Origin: an uncultured bacterium | Lineage (GTDB): Bacteria > Aerophobota > Aerophobia > Aerophobales > B3-G15 | Direction of reading: 5' to 3' | Length of the DNA stretch: 40,552 nt | NCBI GenBank assembly: GCA_965613085.1 | Contig: CBFDTW010000001.1 | Span: forward strand, 1-40,552 | Part shown: in pieces, positions 35,397 to 40,552 of the stretch | Layout: every line of letters starts with the position of its first letter | Numbering within the stretch: the stretch's first letter is position 1 | Made by a program: the position numbers and the translations under genes | The notes under the pieces: generated by a model | What the model saw: the letters and a program-made list of their open reading frames with translations, nothing else | What the model was told of the DNA's origin: nothing | Database searches by the model: none

Positions 35397-35960
35397 TTAT
35401 TCTCCTTTTAAAGGAAAACGCTCCAGGGGTGTATATATCGCTCCTTGCGGGGTAAGATGGCTTTGCATTAAAGAGATAGTTTCTGCTTTCACCCATCCCC
35501 CTGTTGTTTGTTTTTCCTGATTAATTAATTTTCTTATAATTTCTTGATTATTTAACCTTTTAACTCTGCCAAGGGTAATATGAGGTGTCCATTTTTTTCT
35601 TTCCCTGGGAAAACCTTGCTCAAAAAGTCTATCTTCCAGCTCTTTTGCCATCCGACCAAGTTCAAGGTGCCCTTTTTCAATTCCTATCCAGATTATGCGA
35701 GGACTTCCAGTCTCGGGAAAAATTCCTACTCCTTTAATTTCAAAGAAAAAGGGCTTAAACTTATCTGCTATCTTTTGAGTGACCTCAAACACTCTGTTTA
35801 GTTTTTCTTTCTCTATCTCTCCCAGAAATTTAAGGGTAATATGCAAAGAGGAAGGCTTAACCCATCTTATCCTGCCCGGGGTGTTCATTATTTTATTTTG
35901 AATTCGGGCAATTTCTTTTTTTACCGCCTCCGGGAGCTCCACTGCAATAAATACCCTCAT
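35397..35960 (-). CDS. thpR: RNA 2',3'-cyclic phosphodiesterase (2H family; ThpR/LigT)
   Basis: 187 aa. Two HxTx motifs (HITLKF and HITLGR). It ends 1 nt before the recA start. Confidence 0.85.
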   Translation of the reverse strand: MRVFIAVELPEAVKKEIARIQNKIMNTPGRIRWVKPSSLHITLKFLGEIEKEKLNRVFEVTQKIADKFKPFFFEIKGVGIFPETGSPRIIWIGIEKGHLELGRMAKELEDRLFEQGFPRERKKWTPHITLGRVKRLNNQEIIRKLINQEKQTTGGWVKAETISLMQSHLTPQGAIYTPLERFPLKGE

Positions 35961-36086
35961 TTTTATCTCGCCGGTTTTATCCTATATTATCTTATCCCGG
36001 TGTCAAGTTTTTACTTTCCGGTTTCCCGAAGGCTTCAGGACAAAGATAAAATTTTTAAAGATCTTTTTCGTGAACCAGATACCATA

Positions 36087-36743
36087 TTAATCACGTGGCC
36101 CAAAGATCTTTGTTCCTATGCGGACAATATTTGCCCCTTCTTCAATAGCAATTTTGTAAGAGGTGCTCATTCCCATGGAAAGATACCTCATTTCTACATT
36201 TGGAATTGATTTTCTCTTTATTTCCTGGAAAATCTGTTTTGTTTCTCTAAAATAAGGTCTTAGCTTCTCCGGGTTTTCAAAAAAAGGCCCCATAGTCATG
36301 AGCCCCATAACCTTTAGATGCTCCAGAGATGATATTTCCCTTATAAGCTCTTCAACCTCTTCCGGATAAACCCCTGACTTGGTTTTTTCTCTTGCTATAT
36401 TTACCTCACACAGAACAGGCATAAATTTTCCCATCTGGGCACATCTTTTATCTATTTCCCTTGCAAGTTCAACAGAATCAACAGTTTCAATTAAATCAAA
36501 TATCTTTATCGCCTTTTTTACTTTATTTTTCTGCAGGTGTCCTATAAAGTGCCACTTGACTTTTTTACCTACAACTGAGAAGACTTTTTCAGCCTCCTGG
36601 ACGTAATTTTCACCAATTACTTTAATACCTGCATCAACTGCTTCCTGAACTTCTTGAGGGGTTCTGTTTTTTGCTGCAGCAACCAAAATGACACCTTCAG
36701 GAATTTCCTTTAGTAAAGATATTACGTTCTCTTTTATCCCCAT
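36087..36743 (-). CDS. yggS: YggS-family pyridoxal-phosphate homeostasis protein
   Basis: 218 aa. LVAAAKNRT (PLP lysine region), WHFIGHLQKNK, LSMGMSTSY, and RIGTKIFG. Confidence 0.88.
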   Translation of the reverse strand: MGIKENVISLLKEIPEGVILVAAAKNRTPQEVQEAVDAGIKVIGENYVQEAEKVFSVVGKKVKWHFIGHLQKNKVKKAIKIFDLIETVDSVELAREIDKRCAQMGKFMPVLCEVNIAREKTKSGVYPEEVEELIREISSLEHLKVMGLMTMGPFFENPEKLRPYFRETKQIFQEIKRKSIPNVEMRYLSMGMSTSYKIAIEEGANIVRIGTKIFGPRD

Positions 36744-36781
36744 TTTTTTACCTCAATTTTCTCTGCTTTAATTATAGAAAA

Positions 36782-37486
36782 CTAACCTGCACCTTCAATT
36801 ATCAGGGTAAATTCACCGCGGGGTTTTTTCCGGGCAAATACTTTTTCCACCTCGCTTACCCTGCCCCGGATTACCTCTTCAAATTTTTTGGTTAACTCTC
36901 TTGTCACAGCTATCTGACGATCTCCAAGAATCTGTTTGATCTCCGGGAGGATCTTTTGAATCCTGTGAGGAGCCTCATAGATAATTATGGTCCTTTTCTC
37001 GCAGGACAGCTCGTTTAATTTATTTATGCGTTCTTTTCTGGTTCTACCCAGGAATCCTTCGAAAACAAACCTTTTCGTAGGAAGACCTGATACAACCAGT
37101 GCAAGTACAAGAGCACAGGGACCAGGAATGGGAACTATTTTTATCTGGTTTTCCACTGCCCTTTTAATAAGGTAACAGCCCGGATCAGATATGCCGGGTA
37201 TTCCTGCCTTGCTAACCAGAGCAACATTTGCCCCTTCTTTAATTTTTTTTATAAGGTAGTCTGTCTTTTTAACTTCATTGTGCTCATAAAAACTGGTCAG
37301 GCTGGTGTGAATGTTATAGTGAGATAACAATTTGCGGGTATGGCGTGTGTCTTCAGCAGCTATCAGGTCTACTTCTTTTAAAATACGCAGGGCTCTGAAA
37401 CTTACATCTTCCAGATTTCCTATGGGAGTTCCTACAACATAAAGTATACCAAAATTTTTTCCGGAGAGGGTGCTGTTACCTTTCAT
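36782..37486 (-). CDS. rsmI: 16S rRNA (cytidine1402-2'-O)-methyltransferase
   Basis: 234 aa. LYVVGTPIGNLEDVSFRALRILKEVDLIAAEDTRHTRKLL and GIPGISDPG. Confidence 0.88.
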   Translation of the reverse strand: MKGNSTLSGKNFGILYVVGTPIGNLEDVSFRALRILKEVDLIAAEDTRHTRKLLSHYNIHTSLTSFYEHNEVKKTDYLIKKIKEGANVALVSKAGIPGISDPGCYLIKRAVENQIKIVPIPGPCALVLALVVSGLPTKRFVFEGFLGRTRKERINKLNELSCEKRTIIIYEAPHRIQKILPEIKQILGDRQIAVTRELTKKFEEVIRGRVSEVEKVFARKKPRGEFTLIIEGAG

Positions 37487-37496
37487 AATTTTACAA

Positions 37497-38213
37497 TTAA
37501 AGAGGTCTTTTTTGAGGGATACCCGGTCGGCGCGGGTATCTCGAAGGAGTAGTTCTGATCTTCTGAATCAGGATTAAACTCCGAGACTGGTCTAAAAAAG
37601 GGAGTTTTATATTTTTTACCTCTACTATTCTACCACCAAGTATTGATAAGGCATTTTGTGCTTTTTCTATTTCCCCGATATTCCCTTTCTGGGCAATTAA
37701 ATATCCTCCTATTTTGAGGTAAGGTAGAGCATATTCCAGAAGAATGTTTAACCTGGCTACTGCTCTTCCTACAGCCATATCAAAACTTTCTCTTTTTTCT
37801 CCTTTTGCTGCCTCTTCTGCCCTTGCTTTAATCAGTGTTACATTATGCAAGTTAAGTTTTTTTATTAAATGCTGCAAAAAAACGATTTTCTTTTCTCTGG
37901 CTTCAATTAAAGTGCATTTTATCTGCGGTAGAAGTATTTTCAGGGGTAAAGAAGGAAAACCTGCTCCCGGTCCAATATCTACCAGCCTTTCAGGAGTTTT
38001 TTTCATCAGCAGATAGCAGGAGAGGGAATCCAGAAAATGTTTTATTACTATTTCTTCATCCTTTCTCAGTGCTGTCAGATTAATTTTTTTGTTCCAGCTT
38101 TTTAACTCTTCAAGGTATAAGAGGAATTTTTCTATTTGTTCTGGAGAAAGAGAAATGCCAAATTTTTTTGCCCCTTCTTTTAAAAACTCTGATGTAGAAA
38201 CCTGCTTTAGCAT
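37497..38213 (-). CDS. rsmG: 16S rRNA (guanine527-N7)-methyltransferase
   Basis: 238 aa. NKKINLTA...HFLDSL, SAM motif VDIGPGAGFPSLPLKI, and ARAEE. Confidence 0.88.
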   Translation of the reverse strand: MLKQVSTSEFLKEGAKKFGISLSPEQIEKFLLYLEELKSWNKKINLTALRKDEEIVIKHFLDSLSCYLLMKKTPERLVDIGPGAGFPSLPLKILLPQIKCTLIEAREKKIVFLQHLIKKLNLHNVTLIKARAEEAAKGEKRESFDMAVGRAVARLNILLEYALPYLKIGGYLIAQKGNIGEIEKAQNALSILGGRIVEVKNIKLPFLDQSRSLILIQKIRTTPSRYPRRPGIPQKRPL

Positions 38214-39346
38214 TATTTTTCAAAAAATCTGGCAATTTTTTCTGCTATGTAAAAGATTTTTTCCTCTTCCAGTTCCGGATATATAGGAAGTGAGAGTACC
38301 TGCTGAGATGCCTTCCTGACAGAAGGAAAGTGAAGCTCATCATAACCCAGCTTTTTGTATACTCCCTGCAGATGAACAGGAATGGGATAGTACACCTTTG
38401 TGCTTATTCCAGACTTTTTAAGGTATTCTCTAAGTTTATCCCTGCAGGGGGCTTTTATGGTGTAGACACAGAAGGTGTGTCGGGTATAAGGCTCACAATG
38501 AGGAGTTTTAACGGGGGTACCTGATAAGAGCTTGTTGTATAAAAGAGCCTTTTCTTCCCGCATTTTTATCCACTTATCAACATACTTAAGTTTAACTCTA
38601 AGGATGGTGGCTTGTAGCTCATCCAATCTGGAGTTATATCCCAGCATATGGTAAGAGTAGGTCCCGGAGTCTCCTCCGTGAACTCTAAGAAGTCTTATTT
38701 TTTCAGCAATTTCCCTGGAATTGGTTACCACCATTCCTCCATCCCCAAATCCTCCCAGATTCTTTGTGGGAAAGAAACTGAAGCATCCTGCATCTCCCAT
38801 TGACCCGACTTTTCTCCATTGAGCCCGGGGTCTGTCCACAGCTATATTGCACTCCCCACCAAAGGACTGTGCAGCATCCTCTATTACAAACAGGTTATAT
38901 TTCTTAGCTATTTTTAATAACTTCCCCATGTTTACACTATGACCAAAAATATGAACAGGAATAACAGCCCTGGTCTTTGGGGTTATAGCCTCCTCAATCT
39001 TATCCACGTCTATGTTGAAGGTGTTCTCCTCGATATCTACAAAAACCGGGGTTGCTCCTGTCTGGCTTATCACTGTAGCTGTGGATATAAAGGTAAAGGG
39101 TGTGGTTATCACCTCATCGCCTTTTCCAATTCCAAGAGCAAGCAGGGAAAGGCGCAAGGCATCGGTACCTGATGCAACTCCTACTGCGCAGGATGTGCCA
39201 CAATAAGTAGATATTTCTTTTTCCAGTGCCTCTACATTGGGTCCCAGGATGTAGTTGCCACTTTTTAACACTTTTTCTACAGCGCTTTTTATCTCGTCCT
39301 GGATTAATTTATACTGCTCTTTGAGGTCAAGTAATGGAATTTTCAT
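38213..39346 (-). CDS. DegT/DnrJ/EryC1/StrS-family PLP-dependent sugar aminotransferase
   Basis: 377 aa. ILGPNVEALEKE, GTDAL, FFPTKNLGGFGDGG (PLP lysine), and a C-terminal LSLPIYPEL pattern. 1-nt TAATG overlap with rsmG. Confidence 0.85.
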   Translation of the reverse strand: MKIPLLDLKEQYKLIQDEIKSAVEKVLKSGNYILGPNVEALEKEISTYCGTSCAVGVASGTDALRLSLLALGIGKGDEVITTPFTFISTATVISQTGATPVFVDIEENTFNIDVDKIEEAITPKTRAVIPVHIFGHSVNMGKLLKIAKKYNLFVIEDAAQSFGGECNIAVDRPRAQWRKVGSMGDAGCFSFFPTKNLGGFGDGGMVVTNSREIAEKIRLLRVHGGDSGTYSYHMLGYNSRLDELQATILRVKLKYVDKWIKMREEKALLYNKLLSGTPVKTPHCEPYTRHTFCVYTIKAPCRDKLREYLKKSGISTKVYYPIPVHLQGVYKKLGYDELHFPSVRKASQQVLSLPIYPELEEEKIFYIAEKIARFFEK

Positions 39347-39368
39347 ATTTTACCTCCGGGTAACTAAA

Positions 39369-39397
39369 AATATATAGCATTTTGAATAGAAAGTCAA
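39369..39397 (-). promoter_or_regulatory. Putative sigma-70 promoter upstream of the DegT-family gene
   Basis: Minus strand reads TTGACT (39397..39392), 17-nt spacer, TATATT (39374..39369). GGAGG SD before ATG 39346. Confidence 0.3.
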
Positions 39398-39515
39398 AAA
39401 ATCAGGCTTTTCCTTTACTTCTTGACCGCTCTCGCTGGCGAGTTTGCGCTCAGGGAAAGTTTTCCTTCCGGAGGTCAGACTACAGCTGTATTAGTATAAC
39501 TGTGAGTGGTAGAGA

Positions 39516-40483
39516 CTAAGAGGGATAGCTTAGACAGGCAAGAGTGTAAAGAAGTATGGCAAGCAGTCCAACCACGGTAAATCCCCAGGATACGGCAATA
39601 ACTGTAGCAAGAACACTGCTTATAACAGATGCACATCCATTTATTCCCCAGGCCCAGGGTACAAGGTCTGATTTTTTCCTGGTGAGCCTCCCAAGTCCAA
39701 GAGGAAAAGGCATTCCCATAAAGAAGGCAACAGGTGCTATTAGTCCTAAGGAGATGATTATTTTTATCAGGTCAGGCAGGCCCACCATCTGGAGAAAGAG
39801 TTTCCTTAGCCAGAGAAGATATATAAAGGTAAAAGATACTATCCCGGCAAAAACCACTGTTTGTTTTTTCCAGGAGGTGAAATGAGGGGAAAAATAACTT
39901 CCCAGCCCTGAAAAAATTAAAAATCCGGTTATTACTACTGCCACTGTGTAGATTGGATAGTGCAAAAATAAAATAAACCGCTGGATAAAGGATATTTCCA
40001 GAAACATATAACCGATTCCAAGACAAAGAAAATATAAAAGTACCCTTCGAGGGTAGGTTGAGAAAAATCTTCCAGGGGATGAGGTTGAGGCAAGGAAAAA
40101 AAGAGGAAAAATTACAAGGACTGCACCTGCTATACCAGCCTGTATAAGGGTGGCGATGAGGATAATATATCCCCACTCCAGAAAAGGAATCCACTCCTTT
40201 CCCAGTTTTTGCAAAAGGTAAGGCAGGGACTTCCACTTGAAAAAGTGGAAAAAGTAAGGAGAATTATCAGTCGTGGGAGTTATATCAAAAAGGTAGTTCT
40301 GGTAGAATTTTTGACGATTGGCAGAGAAAATCTGGCTTGCTGCCTGGTAAAAATAAGGCTGAGGCAAAATATTAAATTTGTTAACCTCATCTGGCTTAAT
40401 TCCTGGATACCAGCAGACATCAAAGGACCTTTGACGGGCAAATTTTAAAGCCCTGTTTACCTTAAAAGGGGAAAGTGGTGATT
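39516..40483 (-). CDS. Polytopic membrane protein, C-terminal portion (5' end truncated by contig end), possibly the C-terminal membrane domain of a fused spermidine-synthase-like protein
   Basis: The reading frame of track ORF 39516..40367 stays open upstream with no stop all the way to the adapter junction at 40483, so the TTG at 40367 is unlikely to be the true start. About 7 predicted TM helices. TDNSPYFFHFFKW and PFPLGL...VPWAWGINGCASVISSV motifs. The family assignment is from memory only. Confidence 0.6.
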
Positions 40484-40552
40484 CTGTCTCTTATACACAT
40501 CTCCGAGCCCACGAGACTAGGCATGATCTCGTATGCCGTCTTCTGCTTGAAA
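40484..40552. other. Illumina Nextera i7/P7 adapter read-through (library artefact)
   Basis: CTGTCTCTTATACACATCT CCGAGCCCACGAGAC TAGGCATG ATCTCGTATGCCGTCTTCTGCTTG + AAA. This is the exact reverse complement of 1..68. Confidence 0.97.

Noticed and set aside
35961-36086. TTGACA box and possible UUCG-type hairpin in the yggS-thpR intergenic region, considered as a promoter or terminator
   Set aside because: No acceptable -10 element lies at 16-18 nt from the TTGACA, and the hairpin has only 2 bp of stem. The evidence is insufficient to call.
69-40483. Defence systems, toxin-antitoxin pairs, mobile elements, rRNA genes and tRNA genes
   Set aside because: Every ORF over about 100 aa except the two coiled-coil genes maps by motif to a housekeeping family. 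I found no nuclease/helicase/methylase combinations, transposases, integrases or cloverleaf tRNAs in the short intergenic regions. Absence is judged by eye only.
1-40552. Perfect 68-nt terminal inverted repeats flanking the whole window, superficially like the TIRs of a giant transposon or a linear replicon
   Set aside because: The repeats are Illumina Nextera adapter plus the Tn5 mosaic end with a sample index. This is a sequencing-library artefact, not a genomic structure.

Overview
This is a 40.5-kb metagenome or SAG-style contig from an AT-rich bacterium (about 40% G+C by eye, not computed). Both ends are capped by untrimmed Illumina Nextera i7 adapter (1..68 and 40484..40552, inverted copies), so the genomic part is 69..40483 and the genes at both ends are truncated. 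The content is almost entirely tightly packed core housekeeping: recO', rpoD, ychF, rpsF-ssb-rpsR-rplI, murC/murG, secDF, rseC-like plus rnfE-like, smpB plus tmRNA, dapB-dapL, pdxJ-acpS, nnr, rho, rpmE, a leuC/hacA-like gene, aspC-like, a short MetH-like gene, rodA/mrdA, prmC, ribH-ribBA-ribE, a lone 2-oxoacid dehydrogenase E2, a Zn-ADH, amiC plus a GerMN gene, recA-thpR, yggS, rsmI, rsmG, a DegT aminotransferase, and a truncated polytopic membrane protein. I see no CRISPR array, integrase or transposase, toxin-antitoxin pair or recognisable defence genes. I cannot honestly claim a clear novel system. The best candidate is a self-contained two-gene module (17704..19484, minus strand) with a near-consensus promoter and a bidirectional terminator. 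It encodes two exported coiled-coil proteins, one ending in a LysM peptidoglycan-binding domain and the other in a short hydrophobic tail ending in Phe. Together these resemble a split Omp-alpha or Lpp-style envelope tether or spacer. Other points worth a second look are a ComEA-like helix-hairpin-helix insertion inside the periplasmic domain of SecF, an isolated rseC-rnfE pair without other rnf genes nearby, a lone E2 gene sitting where ribD would be in a riboswitch-less rib operon, a MetH-like protein without a B12 domain, and an SSB without the canonical C-terminal tip. All functional calls come from motif recognition by eye and no searches were run.
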